From NCBI GenBank assembly GCA_964611035.1, contig CAZSWT010000012.1, positions 89-64,088 on the forward strand: a DNA stretch of 64,000 nt, given 5' to 3'. Numbering within the stretch: the first letter of the stretch is position 1; every line of letters begins with the position of its first letter. The position numbers were made by a program, and so were the translations under genes. This document shows positions 26,858-37,799 of the stretch, one piece after another. This DNA is from an uncultured Desulfobacteraceae bacterium. GTDB lineage: Bacteria > Desulfobacterota > DSM-4660 > Desulfatiglandales > B25-G16. The notes beneath the pieces are model-generated. The model saw only the letters and a program-made list of their open reading frames with translations, made no database searches and was not told the origin of the DNA.

Positions 26858-28825
26858 TTAGATACCCAAGTCTTTTTTAGCGGACTCCAATTGATCCTGA
26901 GCGAATTCCCATCGTGCTATCAATTCTTTTACCTTTTCTCTGATTTCACTATATTCATTCAAGAATGATGGGCTTTTATCTTTATCTGCGAAAACCGCTG
27001 GGTCTGAAAGAATTGTTTCCAGTTCTTTTTGCCTTTTTTCCGAATCAGAAATCCTCTCTTCTAATACAAGCAGTTTCTCCTGAATGGGTTTAAGAGTTTC
27101 CCTGATCAACTGGCGTTTTTCTGCCGCTTCTTTTTTCTGTGCCTTTCGAGATTTTTTATCTCCACTGGGTACTATTTGACTTTGTTTCTTATCTGAGTCT
27201 TCAGGTGAAGTCTTGGCAATTCTTTCCAGATGATCATAATATTCATTGAGATTGCCAGGGTATTCTTCAATTTCTTCACCTTGTATATCCCAGATCTTTG
27301 TTGCTAATCTGTTTACAAATGATTGGTTATGGGAAACAAATAATAATGTGCCTTTGTAATCAGTTAGGGAATCTATTAAAATTTCTGATGATATAAGATC
27401 AAGGTGATTTGTTGGTTCATCCATCAACATAAGGTTTCCGGGTTTTACAAGCAATTTCGCAAGCGATACCCTTGCCTTTTCTCCACCTGAAAGGATGCCT
27501 ATTGACTTGTCTACATCGTCACCTGAAAAGAGAAAAGCCCCACACACAGTCCTTGCAAACCCTATTGTTTCATTGGGGGTAGCCAGGCTCACTTCCTCAA
27601 CTATTGTCTTTTTAGGGTTAAGCATATCGGTGTGATGCTGGGCAAAGTAAGCCATGGTTACCTTGTGGCCCAGTGTTATCTCACCACGATCAGGTGGAAT
27701 CTCTCCTGCTATCATCCTGAGTAAAGTTGTTTTACCAGCACCGTTTGGCCCTATAATGGCTATCCTTTCACCCCTTAGTACACTGAGGTTGATGTTAGTA
27801 TAAACGATTTTATTATTAAAACCTTTTGAAACCCCTTTGATTATTACCACATCTCTCCCACTCCTAAGAATAGCAGGAAAAGAGAAATGGATGGTCTTTT
27901 GAGGACGGTAGGATTCAACGAGTTCCATTTTTTTGATTAATTTAATTTTACTTTGCGCTTGTCTCGCTTTTGAGGCCTTCGATCGGAATCTTTCAATAAA
28001 CCTCTCGGCTTCTTTTATTTTTTGTTCCTGGTTTCTGGCCTGCCGCAGACGGATCGATTTTTCTTCTTCTCTGGCTTTTAGATAAAAATCATAATTTCCG
28101 CTGTAGGTTTTCAAACCCTCTGGTTCAAAACTTATGATGCGATTTATTTGCTTATTTAAAAAATCCTTGTCATGGGATACAAGAATTATAGCGCCTTTAT
28201 ATGTTTGAAGGAATTGATCCAACCAGTGTACAGACGGGATATCAAGATGATTGGTCGGTTCATCCAGCAAGAGGAGATCAGGCGTCTGATAAAGAAGACT
28301 CCCTAATACTGTTCTCATTCTCCATCCTTCGCTCAGGGAGGAAGCGGGAATGTCAAAATCCTCGGATCGAAAACCTAAACCTGCAAGGATTTTTTCGGCC
28401 TCATGCGAAGGGAATTGCCTGTCCAGATAACTTATCTCTTGGTGGAGCTCTGCAAGCTTCCCTGCCAGTTTTAGTTGGCTGTCTTTGTTCTGGATATTTT
28501 TCAATGATTCTTCTGTCCGCATTATCTCATCTCTAAACCTCACCCTTCCTGGTATGGAATCCAGAATAGATTGGAGTATCCTGCCGGATAATGCAGTATG
28601 GACATCCTGGGGAAGGTATCCTATCCGTATTCCTTTTCTTTTCTTAATCTCTCCAGTGTCAGGAGAAATTTCGCCACCTATCAGTCTCAACAATGTTGTT
28701 TTACCTGATCCATTTGGGCCTACAAGGCCAATCCTGTCTCCAGACTCGACCTGAAGTCCTATTTCATGGAAAAGATTTTTTCCTAAAAAGGTGATGGAAA
28801 GGTTAGAGATGATTACAAGGCTCAT
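26858..28825 (-). CDS. ABC-F family ATPase (two ABC domains, C-terminal coiled coil)
   Basis: Two Walker A motifs (GPNGSGKTT, GPNGAGKTT), two LSGG signatures and no TM domain. Confidence 0.9.
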   Translation of the reverse strand: MSLVIISNLSITFLGKNLFHEIGLQVESGDRIGLVGPNGSGKTTLLRLIGGEISPDTGEIKKRKGIRIGYLPQDVHTALSGRILQSILDSIPGRVRFRDEIMRTEESLKNIQNKDSQLKLAGKLAELHQEISYLDRQFPSHEAEKILAGLGFRSEDFDIPASSLSEGWRMRTVLGSLLYQTPDLLLLDEPTNHLDIPSVHWLDQFLQTYKGAIILVSHDKDFLNKQINRIISFEPEGLKTYSGNYDFYLKAREEEKSIRLRQARNQEQKIKEAERFIERFRSKASKARQAQSKIKLIKKMELVESYRPQKTIHFSFPAILRSGRDVVIIKGVSKGFNNKIVYTNINLSVLRGERIAIIGPNGAGKTTLLRMIAGEIPPDRGEITLGHKVTMAYFAQHHTDMLNPKKTIVEEVSLATPNETIGFARTVCGAFLFSGDDVDKSIGILSGGEKARVSLAKLLVKPGNLMLMDEPTNHLDLISSEILIDSLTDYKGTLLFVSHNQSFVNRLATKIWDIQGEEIEEYPGNLNEYYDHLERIAKTSPEDSDKKQSQIVPSGDKKSRKAQKKEAAEKRQLIRETLKPIQEKLLVLEERISDSEKRQKELETILSDPAVFADKDKSPSFLNEYSEIREKVKELIARWEFAQDQLESAKKDLGI

Positions 28826-28908
28826 GAGAGATATCCGTTTCCGGGTTTGTTGAGTTTATTGTGTTTGTTGGGTTAATAACAAATGAAGACTGACAAATGA
28901 CAATATTC

Positions 28909-30357
28909 CTACTTCCGCCAGTATGCAGGGGCAAGCATAATGATAACGGTGTATATCTCAAGACGTCCGAGAATCATGCAGAAGATCAGAACCCATTTTC
29001 CCAGATCAGGAACAGGCAGATAATTGTTTACTGGTCCAACCAGACCAAATCCTGGTCCGACATTGCCTATCGTAGCAGCTACTGAGGCGAATGATGTCGG
29101 AATATCCAGCCCGATTAAGGACATAATTATTACAGCCACAATAAAAAGACCAAGATAAAGAATAAAAAATCCCCAAATGCTGTTCAATACCTCTGCTGGA
29201 ACCGGCTTGCCACCGAGCTTGATGGATCTTACAGCATGGGGATGGATAAGTCTAAAAATCTCTTGATAGCCATGTTTAGCAAGCAATATAATCCTCATAA
29301 TCTTTATTGCTCCACCAGTAGATCCTGCCATTGCCCCAATAAACATGCATAATACGATAATAATTTGCGATAGGGCTGGCCACGTTGCATAATTGGCCGT
29401 TACAAAACCAGTTGTTGTGATTATGGATGTAACCTGAAAGGCAGCGCGCCTTAATGCATGGCTGAGGGAATTATAGATAGTCCCATAGATATTAAAGGTT
29501 ACCAAACATATCAGAATAGCAAGGATAAGAAGAAAGACACGACACTCTGGATCCTTGCCAAACACCTTAAAATCTCCCTTTAAAAATTTAAAGTGGAGGG
29601 AAAAATTTATTCCAGCCAGGATCATAAAAAAGGTAATAACACCATCAAAATAGGCACTGTTATACTGAGCAATACTCGCATTCTGGGTACTAAATCCTCC
29701 GGTTGGCATGGTACAAAAGGCGTGACAGATAGAATCAAAAAGAGGCATTCCGCCGATAAGTAAAAGGCCTATCTCAAGTAGGGTGATAAATAGATACACT
29801 TTCCATAGGGTTTTAGCCGTCTCTGAGATGCGAGGTTGTAATTTATCCACTACCGGGCTTGGAATCTCAGCTTTATAAAGTTGCATCCCTCCCACTCCTA
29901 AAAAAGGGAGAATAGCAATAGAGAGCACAATAATTCCCATCCCTCCCATCCACTGGGTTTGGCTCCTCCAGAATAATATTCCCTTAGGAAGAGATTCAAT
30001 GTTGGCAAGAATAGAGGCTCCAGTAGTGGTAAAACCAGATATGGATTCAAAATAGGCATTTGTTAGGGTGCTAATTGAGCCGGAAAATAAAAAAGGCAAA
30101 GAGCCAAAAAAACCGGCAGTTAACCAACCAAAAGTAACAATTGCCATACCCTCTCTTTGGCTTAGAGAGAGATAATTAATTTTCCCGATAAGAAAAAAAA
30201 GGGTAATGCCAGTGCCTGATGTGATAATGAAGGAATAGAGTAGAGGAAAGAAGCTTCCATCGGAATAGATGAGGGAGATGGTGAGAGGCACAAGCATGGA
30301 AAGACCGAGGAAAAAATTAAGGATTCCGATCAGTCGGAAGATCTGACGAAAACGCAT
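28909..30357 (-). CDS. trkH: Trk-type potassium uptake protein TrkH
   Basis: Polytopic membrane protein with repeated GFTTTGA/ITTTGF pore-loop-like motifs. Translationally coupled to trkA. Confidence 0.9.
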   Translation of the reverse strand: MRFRQIFRLIGILNFFLGLSMLVPLTISLIYSDGSFFPLLYSFIITSGTGITLFFLIGKINYLSLSQREGMAIVTFGWLTAGFFGSLPFLFSGSISTLTNAYFESISGFTTTGASILANIESLPKGILFWRSQTQWMGGMGIIVLSIAILPFLGVGGMQLYKAEIPSPVVDKLQPRISETAKTLWKVYLFITLLEIGLLLIGGMPLFDSICHAFCTMPTGGFSTQNASIAQYNSAYFDGVITFFMILAGINFSLHFKFLKGDFKVFGKDPECRVFLLILAILICLVTFNIYGTIYNSLSHALRRAAFQVTSIITTTGFVTANYATWPALSQIIIVLCMFIGAMAGSTGGAIKIMRIILLAKHGYQEIFRLIHPHAVRSIKLGGKPVPAEVLNSIWGFFILYLGLFIVAVIIMSLIGLDIPTSFASVAATIGNVGPGFGLVGPVNNYLPVPDLGKWVLIFCMILGRLEIYTVIIMLAPAYWRK

Positions 30358-31715
30358 TAAAAGTATTCCAGTTTAACGGTAAATAATTTTTGAATCTTTG
30401 GTATAGCCCCTTTAAGGGCGAATATTATTAAATGATCATGGGGTTTGATCATATTGTGTCCTCGAGGTATGATAACCTCTTCACCTCTCACAATTGCACC
30501 AATAATTGCCTCTTTGGGGAATTTTATCTCGGATAAAGGAATATTGACAATATCAGAAGTCTCTAATGCCTCGAATTCTATGGCTTCCGCACCTTCTCCT
30601 TTGAGTGGTGCTACACATATCACTTTTCCTTTCCTAATATACTGGAGGATTGCTCTAATTGCAGAAAGCCGTGGGCTTACAACTGTGTCAATTCCAATTG
30701 CAGAGATAAGAGGAATGTAACTGAGGTTTCCTATCCTGGTTACCGTCTTTTTTGCACCGAGAGCCTTACCCAGTAAAGAAATGAGAACATTGTTTTCATC
30801 ATCGCCAGTGATTACAACCATAATATCCACATCAGCTATATTCTCCTCCAAAAGGAACTCTCGGTCTGTGCCATCGCCATTTAAAACAACTATCTTTTTA
30901 AGCTTTTCCGCCAGCTCGAGACATCTCTGGCCATCTTTCTCGATTATCTTGGTATTAATAGTCGTAGCATCAAGTGATGTTGCCAGGGCAAGGCCAGTTT
31001 CACCGCCACCAATAATGATTATCCGCCCCAATCCTTCTTCTCTAACATTCATTAGACGGAAGATACTTCCGGTGTTTTCCTTGTGGATAACACAATATAT
31101 CAAATCATTTGGTTGGATTGTATCCAGTCCACTTGGTATGATAACCTTCTCTCCCCTTACAATAACACCAACAAGGATTACATGCTCAAAATCAGTGAAC
31201 GAGGAGAGCTTTCGTCCGACTAATGGAGAGTTATCTTTTATGGTTATCCCAATGAGCTTGATTCTACCATCAGCAAAATCTATTACTTCAGATGCCTCTG
31301 GTACCTCTATAAGCCTGAGCATAGAGGAAACCATCTCAGACTGGGGATTAATAATCAGGTCAATATTTAGAAAATCCTGATTAAAGATCTCCCTGTGTTT
31401 CATATAATCTGAATTTTTTACCCGAGCTATCTTAGTGATATAATCAGTTAAATATTGAGCATAAAAGCAGGCAATTAAGTTTGATTCATCACTATCAGTA
31501 GCTGCCACGAGCATATCACTTTCCTTAATACCTGCCTCAATTAATACCGAAGGATTGGTGCCTGAGCCTAAAATAGCCTGGACGTCTATAACATTTTGAA
31601 CCTCCCTGATTTTAATAGGGTCTTTTTCAATTAAAACTACATCTTGATTTTCTTCTGATAGTCTCTGGGCAATATGAAAACCTACTTCCCCAGCGCCTAT
31701 GATAATAATTTTCAT
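30357..31715 (-). CDS. trkA: Trk system NAD-binding protein TrkA
   Basis: Two Rossmann GxGxxG motifs (IIGAGEVG, IIGGGETG) plus RCK_C domains. Confidence 0.9.
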   Translation of the reverse strand: MKIIIIGAGEVGFHIAQRLSEENQDVVLIEKDPIKIREVQNVIDVQAILGSGTNPSVLIEAGIKESDMLVAATDSDESNLIACFYAQYLTDYITKIARVKNSDYMKHREIFNQDFLNIDLIINPQSEMVSSMLRLIEVPEASEVIDFADGRIKLIGITIKDNSPLVGRKLSSFTDFEHVILVGVIVRGEKVIIPSGLDTIQPNDLIYCVIHKENTGSIFRLMNVREEGLGRIIIIGGGETGLALATSLDATTINTKIIEKDGQRCLELAEKLKKIVVLNGDGTDREFLLEENIADVDIMVVITGDDENNVLISLLGKALGAKKTVTRIGNLSYIPLISAIGIDTVVSPRLSAIRAILQYIRKGKVICVAPLKGEGAEAIEFEALETSDIVNIPLSEIKFPKEAIIGAIVRGEEVIIPRGHNMIKPHDHLIIFALKGAIPKIQKLFTVKLEYF

Positions 31716-32193
31716 TTCTTATTTTTTCCTTCACTACTAAAAAGTGCGCAGTGCATTTCTTTGTTATGCTAAAGCTATGTTGAGTTTTAAAAAAGCCCAA
31801 GCAAAAAGTCAATATATAATAAATTCTCTTTTTTTTAGAAAAATTGGTGGTAAGTGTTCACCGCTGGCAGTCGTTCGACAGGCTTACGATCTTGAGCACT
31901 GCCGAAAGATTCACCCCCGCCTGTCCCCCGATTTATCGGGGGGCGGGCAGGGTTCACCAATAAGCCAACAATGGCAATAAACCGCTTAAATAGACATATC
32001 TATTAATAGGTCAAACAATGAGTTTCTCCAGAGAAATATCTCTCTTTTCGGATAACGGATAATCCCGATAAATCGGGGTGAACGGTTGCGATTGGTTTAT
32101 ATCGTGCTGAAATATTAGGGAGTAACGTGATATGGTATCCCTTCTTGTAATAGAGAGATAAATAGAACAACTGAGAGAAGAAGGGGGATATAG

Positions 32194-33222
32194 TTAGAAC
32201 AATTTTTGTTGGGTGGCATTTTCTGTTGTTTTTGAAGTAAAGCCAAAATGGCTGTAGGCAAGCCTGGTAGCTACTCTTCCTTTTGGCGTACGATTTATGT
32301 AACCACTTTGTATCAAAAATGGTTCATAAACCTCTTCCAGTGTATCCTTTTCTTCAGACAGGGCGGCCGATAAGGTTTCAAGACCTATTGGACCTCCGTC
32401 AAACTTTTCAATTATTGTGAGCATGATTTGTCTATCCATTTTGTCCAGACCTTTTCTATCCACCTCCAAAATGTCTAAAGCCCTTTCTGCCACTGAATGT
32501 GTAATTACTCCTTCGGCCTCAATTTGTGCATAATCCCTTACCCTCTTTAGCAACCTATTCGCTATTCTCGGTGTTCCCCTTGATCTTGTTGCAATCTCAA
32601 GGGCGCCTTCTTTATCAAGCTGAATATCAAGAAGTCTTGCAGTCCTGGACACAATCTGCTGTAATTCCTCAGCCTTATAAAATTCCAACCGCGAAATAAC
32701 GCCAAACCTGTCTCTTAAAGGAGGTGTGAGCAGGCCTGTTCTTGTGGTAGCGCCAATCAAGGTAAAGGGCGGAATGGAAAGCTTCACTGTCCTGGCCGAC
32801 GGTCCTTGACCTATAATGATATCCAGTTTGTAATCCTCCAGGGCAGGGTAAAGTATTTCTTCTACTACATGATTTAGCCTATGGATTTCATCAACAAATA
32901 GAACATCCCTGGGCTCTAAGGATGTTAATATAGCTGCTAAATCACCAGGCCTATCTAAAACTGGTCCCGAGGTAGTTTTTATATTTACTCCAAGTTCATT
33001 GGCTATTATATGGGCTAGGGTCGTCTTTCCAAGACCAGGACTACCATGAAATAGAACGTGATCTAAGGCCTCTGAGCGCTCTTTTGCTGCCTCTATAAAG
33101 ATCCTGAGATTTCTTTTAATATCCTCTTGCCCAATAAACATATCCAATGTAAATGGTCTGAGGCTGATTTCCGCTGGGCGTTCATCTAAACTAGGCTTTG
33201 GATCTGTTATTTTTTCTTCCAT
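32194..33222 (-). CDS. ruvB: Holliday junction helicase RuvB
   Basis: GPPGLGKTT-like Walker A (GSPGLGKTT), DEIHRL, and a typical RuvB C-terminus. Confidence 0.95.
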   Translation of the reverse strand: MEEKITDPKPSLDERPAEISLRPFTLDMFIGQEDIKRNLRIFIEAAKERSEALDHVLFHGSPGLGKTTLAHIIANELGVNIKTTSGPVLDRPGDLAAILTSLEPRDVLFVDEIHRLNHVVEEILYPALEDYKLDIIIGQGPSARTVKLSIPPFTLIGATTRTGLLTPPLRDRFGVISRLEFYKAEELQQIVSRTARLLDIQLDKEGALEIATRSRGTPRIANRLLKRVRDYAQIEAEGVITHSVAERALDILEVDRKGLDKMDRQIMLTIIEKFDGGPIGLETLSAALSEEKDTLEEVYEPFLIQSGYINRTPKGRVATRLAYSHFGFTSKTTENATQQKLF

Positions 33223-33337
33223 GATTACAATGAATGTTATTAGTCAATCGTCATTTGATATCAGTAAATCACACAAATGGTCAGTCACTCTACTATTTAG
33301 CAAATGACTCGTAAAAAACAGATGACGTTGCCTGTAA

Positions 33338-33479
33338 CTAAACTTGTGCATTTTAAAGTTGGCATTTTATAAAAACTTCATGAAATATCAACAAGTTACA
33401 CCAGAATGACACTTTCTCATACTGTTAACGATTAAATTTAACAATTTCAATAGTTTATCCGATTTTCGCACAAGTTTAG
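33338..33479. mobile_element. 142-bp MITE inserted between ruvB and ruvA
   Basis: Perfect 12-nt TIR CTAAACTTGTGC / GCACAAGTTTAG. Flanked by direct CTGTAA (33332-33337 and 33480-33485). Confidence 0.7.
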
Positions 33480-33503
33480 CTGTAAGTATAATTTTTTTAT
33501 CTT

Positions 33504-34124
33504 TTACCTTAAGAGGCTTCCACTTGCCAGATTTCGTAAGGCCTCTTTCAGTAATGTGTCAAGATTTATATCATTATCATTACGTAAAACATTCTCTATA
33601 ACGATCTTAGCAGACTTACTCTGGTAGCCAAGATTAATGAGTGCTGATAACGCATCATCAAAAATCTCTTTATTCCTTATCTGCATTTTCTCTCTTGGGC
33701 GTACCTCTATACCTTCGGCGATATCAGACACCTTTTCTTTTAACTCAAGGGTTATCCTCTGAGATGTCTTTTTACCAACACCCGGAATAGCAGAAATCCT
33801 TTCAGAATCAGCACTCATAATGGCACTGAGGAGTTCCTTGATTCCAATACCTGAAAGAATGTTTAAAGCCAGTTTAGGACCGATTCCAGATATAGAGATC
33901 AGCAGCAAGAAAATTTCTTTTTCTGTCTTTGTCTGAAAGCCAAATAGTTGAAGCATATCTTCCCGGACATGTGTGTAAACATGCAGGCTTACCTTTTCCA
34001 TCTCATCCGGGAGTTGATAGAATGTAGATAAAGGAATATTAATATGATAGCCAACACCGGCTGTATCTATTACTACAGACTGAGGTCTTTTACTAAATAG
34101 TATTCCAGTTAGATGAGCTATCAT
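33504..34124 (-). CDS. ruvA: Holliday junction DNA-binding protein RuvA
   Basis: MIAHLTGIL... and GIGPKLALNILS HhH motifs. Confidence 0.95.
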   Translation of the reverse strand: MIAHLTGILFSKRPQSVVIDTAGVGYHINIPLSTFYQLPDEMEKVSLHVYTHVREDMLQLFGFQTKTEKEIFLLLISISGIGPKLALNILSGIGIKELLSAIMSADSERISAIPGVGKKTSQRITLELKEKVSDIAEGIEVRPREKMQIRNKEIFDDALSALINLGYQSKSAKIVIENVLRNDNDINLDTLLKEALRNLASGSLLR

Positions 34125-34141
34125 GTAATAGTGCCTAAAGG

Positions 34142-34627
34142 TTAATTAGTATCTTCAAACCTTACCCAGTTGTGGTGGCATATTGCTATGGCTAATGCAT
34201 CTGATGTATCTAAAGAGAATTGAATATCGAGTTTAAGGATGAGCTTAACCATGGATCTCACCTGTTCTTTTGTTGCCCTTCCATAGCCAACCACCGATTG
34301 TTTAATTTGCAAAGGGGTATACTCAAAAACCTTTAGGCCTCCCTGGATAGCTGCTATAAGAGCAGCTCCTCTTGCGTGGCCTATTTTTAAAGCGCTTTTA
34401 ACATTTTTTGCAAAAAAGATATCCTCAATAGACATTTCCTCTGGATGATAAGTCTGAATAACTTCAAGAAGGGATCTATAGATTTTATAGATTCTCTCGC
34501 TGAATGGCAAAGAATAAGGGAAAGAAATTTTGCCTGCCTCAACGTAAACCAATCTATTATCTTTCTTTTCTACTAAACCATAGCCTGTAGTTAACGAGCC
34601 GGGATCAACTCCAAGGACCAACATCAC
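34142..34627 (-). CDS. ruvC: Crossover junction endodeoxyribonuclease RuvC
   Basis: [13 protein letters not shown] at the N-terminus and [12 protein letters not shown] at the C-terminus. Confidence 0.95.
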   Translation of the reverse strand: MMLVLGVDPGSLTTGYGLVEKKDNRLVYVEAGKISFPYSLPFSERIYKIYRSLLEVIQTYHPEEMSIEDIFFAKNVKSALKIGHARGAALIAAIQGGLKVFEYTPLQIKQSVVGYGRATKEQVRSMVKLILKLDIQFSLDTSDALAIAICHHNWVRFEDTN

Positions 34628-35370
34628 CCGATGGCCTCCATAACCTCATCGGAGATGTCAAAATTGGCATATACGTGGTTTACATCTTCGTTATCTTCTA
34701 GATTTTCCATCAGGGTTAACATCTGTTGAGCATGTTTATCATCAATCTTAACAGTTGTATTGGGGATCATCGTTATCTCTGCGAATGTATAACTTATTCC
34801 TGCATTCTCAATAGCCGCTTTTACCTGTTCAAAGAAGGAAGGTTCAGTTATTACCTCAAGCTCTTTTTCATCTTCTTTGATATCATCAGCCCCAGCCTCT
34901 AAAGCCAATTCAAACAACATTTCTTCCTCTACCTCATCTTTTTGAAAAACTATAAGGCCCTTCTGAGAAAACATCCAGGCTACGCAACCTGACTCCCCTA
35001 AGTTGCCTCCTGATCTTTCAAATAGGTGCCTGACATCTGCAACGGCTCTGTTTTTGTTATCAGTCAATACCTCAATCAAAACAGCTACACCTCCTGGGCC
35101 ATATCCTTCATAGGTGACTTCTTCATAATTAGAGCCTTCTAATTCTCCGGTTCCTTTCTTAATAGCCCTTTCAATATTCTCCTTGGGCATATTTTCTGCC
35201 TTGGCTGTAGCTACAGCCACCCTTAACCTTGAGTTAGAATCTGAATCTTTTCCGCCCAGCCTTGTAGCAACAGTAATCTCCTTGATAAGTTTAGTAAAAA
35301 CCTTTCCCCTCTTAGCATCAACTGCTCCCTTTTTATGTTTTATGGAGGCCCATTTTGAATGTCCAGACAT
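34624..35370 (-). CDS. yebC: YebC/PmpR-family DNA-binding regulator
   Basis: [23 protein letters not shown], the canonical N-terminus. Confidence 0.95.
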   Translation of the reverse strand: MSGHSKWASIKHKKGAVDAKRGKVFTKLIKEITVATRLGGKDSDSNSRLRVAVATAKAENMPKENIERAIKKGTGELEGSNYEEVTYEGYGPGGVAVLIEVLTDNKNRAVADVRHLFERSGGNLGESGCVAWMFSQKGLIVFQKDEVEEEMLFELALEAGADDIKEDEKELEVITEPSFFEQVKAAIENAGISYTFAEITMIPNTTVKIDDKHAQQMLTLMENLEDNEDVNHVYANFDISDEVMEAIG

Positions 35371-35806
35371 TTATTACTCCCTTTTCTTGATGAAGTCGTT
35401 AAATCGTTGAGTTATTAAATTGTTTACCCCTCAACAACAGACTGCGGACAATAGCCAACTGATATCCTATGCCCAAATCTTTTTAGGTTTTTAACATAAT
35501 TAACTTTTTTTTGCCATATCAATTTAGGCATATCTTTTAAAGAGTTGAATTTTGCAAAATTTTTAAATCCTTGCCAAGTTTTTTATTTGACTTTATTATA
35601 TTTAATTGGATTAGATTAAGGCCTTGCTATTTTTTTAAGGATTTAGATTTCTGATGATCTTCAATAATTTTTTGCGGTGGCAACCTTGTTCCCCTTGGTG
35701 GACAAAATATATTGGAAGCGGCTGTATGGTGTAAGGCGGTTATTTATGGCCCCTTAATGGAGGATTTCTTAGAAGCCAAGGCATTATTAGTTCACCCAGA
35801 GGGATG

Positions 35807-35883
35807 TATATCCGAACATGGTTCGTATATACGCCTAAATTGGAAGGATATCAGAACCTATTTCGGATATAAACGAGTTATAT
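35807..35883 (+). other. Degenerate attC-like site at the head of the cassette array
   Basis: TATATCCGAA...TTCGGATATA stem followed by AACGA-GTTATAT. The 5' AAC box is missing. Confidence 0.35.
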
Positions 35884-35907
35884 GAAATAGCCCTAAGGTG
35901 AGATAAA

Positions 35908-36378
35908 ATGCTTCCAGATTTACTAAAGAGAAATTTGCGCGTTGTGATTTGTGGAACTGCTGTCGCTAATTATTCTGCAAAAGTGGGTTCATATTATGCG
36001 GGTGCCGGCAATAAATTTTGGCGAGTCCTTTTCGAGGTTGGATTAACACCCGTTATGCTGAACTCGAAAGATTATCAGAAACTGCTTAAATACGGGATCG
36101 GACTTACAGATCTGGCTAAAAATAAAGCTGGTCCCGATAGTAAGATTCCCTCTCATGCTTTCGATATTGAAAGATTCAAGAAAAAGATACAGGATTGTCG
36201 CCCGAAGGTAGTTTGTTTCAACGGCAAGAAAGCCGCTAAAATTTATCTGCGTAAAAAATATGTTGAATTTGGGTTACAGAAAGAACAGATCGAAAGTACC
36301 CATCTTTTTGTTGCACCGTCCACGTCAAGGGCGGCAAACCGCTGGTGGGATCAAAAATGGTGGCAAGAGATTTTATAA
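35908..36378 (+). CDS. mug: G/U mismatch-specific uracil-DNA glycosylase (Mug, UDG family 2)
   Basis: LRVVICGTAV...GNKFWRVLFEVGLTP parallels the E. coli Mug N-terminus as I recall it. Confidence 0.7.
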   Translation: MLPDLLKRNLRVVICGTAVANYSAKVGSYYAGAGNKFWRVLFEVGLTPVMLNSKDYQKLLKYGIGLTDLAKNKAGPDSKIPSHAFDIERFKKKIQDCRPKVVCFNGKKAAKIYLRKKYVEFGLQKEQIESTHLFVAPSTSRAANRWWDQKWWQEIL

Positions 36379-36398
36379 AGAAATGAATGGGCTACTTC

Positions 36399-36487
36399 AT
36401 ATAACACAGCATAAAAGGTTCGTGCCTTACGGCACTCACCTAAATTTTTGCTTCGCAAAAACTTCTTCGATGCTGGGAACGTTATAC
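36399..36487 (+). other. attC-like site 1
   Basis: ATATAAC-ACAGCAT...ATGCTGGGAAC-GTTATAC with two internal hairpins (GTGCC/GGCAC and TTTTTGC/GCAAAAA). Confidence 0.6.
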
Positions 36488-36516
36488 GACATAAAAATAA
36501 TTTACAGGACAAAAAG

Positions 36517-37128
36517 ATGGACGAACTAGAAGAAACGTATTCAAAACTTACCGATAATGAACTCTTGATTATGGTATACTTTGAGAGTTCAGACTATAAT
36601 GAAGAAGCGATTAAAATTGCTAAGTCAATTTTGGATAAGAGAGGATTAGGTCAACCATCAGATGAAATTTTGCAGCAGGCTAAAAACTATCATAGTCAGC
36701 TGAAGGAATCGCAAAAAGATCAATTTGCAGAAAAAATCCAATCCCGTGATGTGTTTAGATTTGGAAAATTAAAACAGGCATTTAAAGAAAAAAATTATTA
36801 TTTTATTGGTAAATTGTCGTTTTGGTTTGTAATCGGTTATGGTCTTTACTCTGGTTTAAGTATTGGCAGTGGCAGGGGAAAGTGGATTGAACTAATTCCC
36901 TTTGCAGAAACAATTAAATCAGAATGGCTATTTATCCTAGAAGTAGTTTTCAATATTGCCATCCTTGGAATATTTCCTATTATCTTTTTCATTATATATA
37001 GCCTGAAACTTTCGCAAGAACAGAGAAAAGAGCGGAGATTATCTTTGCTTATGCCGAAATATATCTTTTTCATTTATGGAATTTCGTTGTTTCTTTTTTT
37101 TGTTCTTGTTATTTTGCCAAGATTGTGA
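36517..37128 (+). CDS. Hypothetical membrane protein (cassette gene)
   Basis: I prefer the ATG at 36517, because the track start at 36448 lies inside the attC-like site. Soluble N-terminus plus 3-4 TM segments. Confidence 0.5.
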   Translation: MDELEETYSKLTDNELLIMVYFESSDYNEEAIKIAKSILDKRGLGQPSDEILQQAKNYHSQLKESQKDQFAEKIQSRDVFRFGKLKQAFKEKNYYFIGKLSFWFVIGYGLYSGLSIGSGRGKWIELIPFAETIKSEWLFILEVVFNIAILGIFPIIFFIIYSLKLSQEQRKERRLSLLMPKYIFFIYGISLFLFFVLVILPRL

Positions 37129-37138
37129 TTTTTACGTC

Positions 37139-37218
37139 GCCTAACAGCGGATAAAAGGGAAATCAAAGATTTCCCAAAATTGCCTTCGGCAATTTCTTTT
37201 ATCCGCAAAACGTTATAT
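37139..37218 (+). other. attC-like site 2
   Basis: GCCTAAC-AGCGGATAAAAG...CTTTTATCCGC-AAAAC-GTTATAT with internal hairpins GGGAAATC/GATTTCCC and AAATTGCC/GGCAATTT. Confidence 0.65.
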
Positions 37219-37251
37219 GAAATTGCTGTTAATTAAGGGAAAGGAGATATT

Positions 37252-37797
37252 ATGAACAAAAAATCTTTTTATCCATTGTTAGTAACTGGATTGGCCATCT
37301 TAGGAATGCTTACAGGGAGCTGTAGTAAAGCTCCAAATCCTAATCCAGCACCAAAGAAACCGAGTACTATGACAATTTCTGAAGGGAAAATTACCATAGA
37401 GATAAAGGCAGAAGGAGGGACTTTATATTACTTTGAGAAAAAAAGATGGGCTGCGAATGAATCCCCAGAGCTAAAAGAAAAAGATAAATTTAGATCTAAC
37501 CAAATTGAAAAATTTAAGGCAACCTATCGGGTAAATGCTGCCAATTTTAATGTAGAGATTGATAAAGAGGAAAAAACAACTGACTTGAAATGTAATATTT
37601 ATGTTAAATTTGATACCTGGTATGACTTTCACTGGTTTCTGAGGCCTCTTGGCCTTGATTTTATAGATAATCATTTTGAAAGAAGAGAAAAAGAGTTATC
37701 ATGGAAAGGGTGTTTGGATGGGGTTAAGACGACTATTCTGCTTAAATTTCCATTTAGGATTAATAATTGTCATGCACATGTCTGGCCAGCGAGATAA
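37252..37797 (+). CDS. Hypothetical lipoprotein (cassette gene)
   Basis: Signal peptide ending LTGSC. No family recognised. Confidence 0.5.
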   Translation: MNKKSFYPLLVTGLAILGMLTGSCSKAPNPNPAPKKPSTMTISEGKITIEIKAEGGTLYYFEKKRWAANESPELKEKDKFRSNQIEKFKATYRVNAANFNVEIDKEEKTTDLKCNIYVKFDTWYDFHWFLRPLGLDFIDNHFERREKELSWKGCLDGVKTTILLKFPFRINNCHAHVWPAR

Positions 37798-37799
37798 AA

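Noticed and set aside
35371-35907. Search for an integron integrase or attI upstream of the first cassette
   Set aside because: There is no ORF of 60 aa or more in the track and no tyrosine-recombinase motifs in any frame that I could read. Hence the CALIN interpretation rather than a complete integron.
36260-36529. 89-aa ORF, and the 5' extension of ORF 36448
   Set aside because: Both read through attC-like site 1. The downstream gene has a cleaner ATG at 36517.
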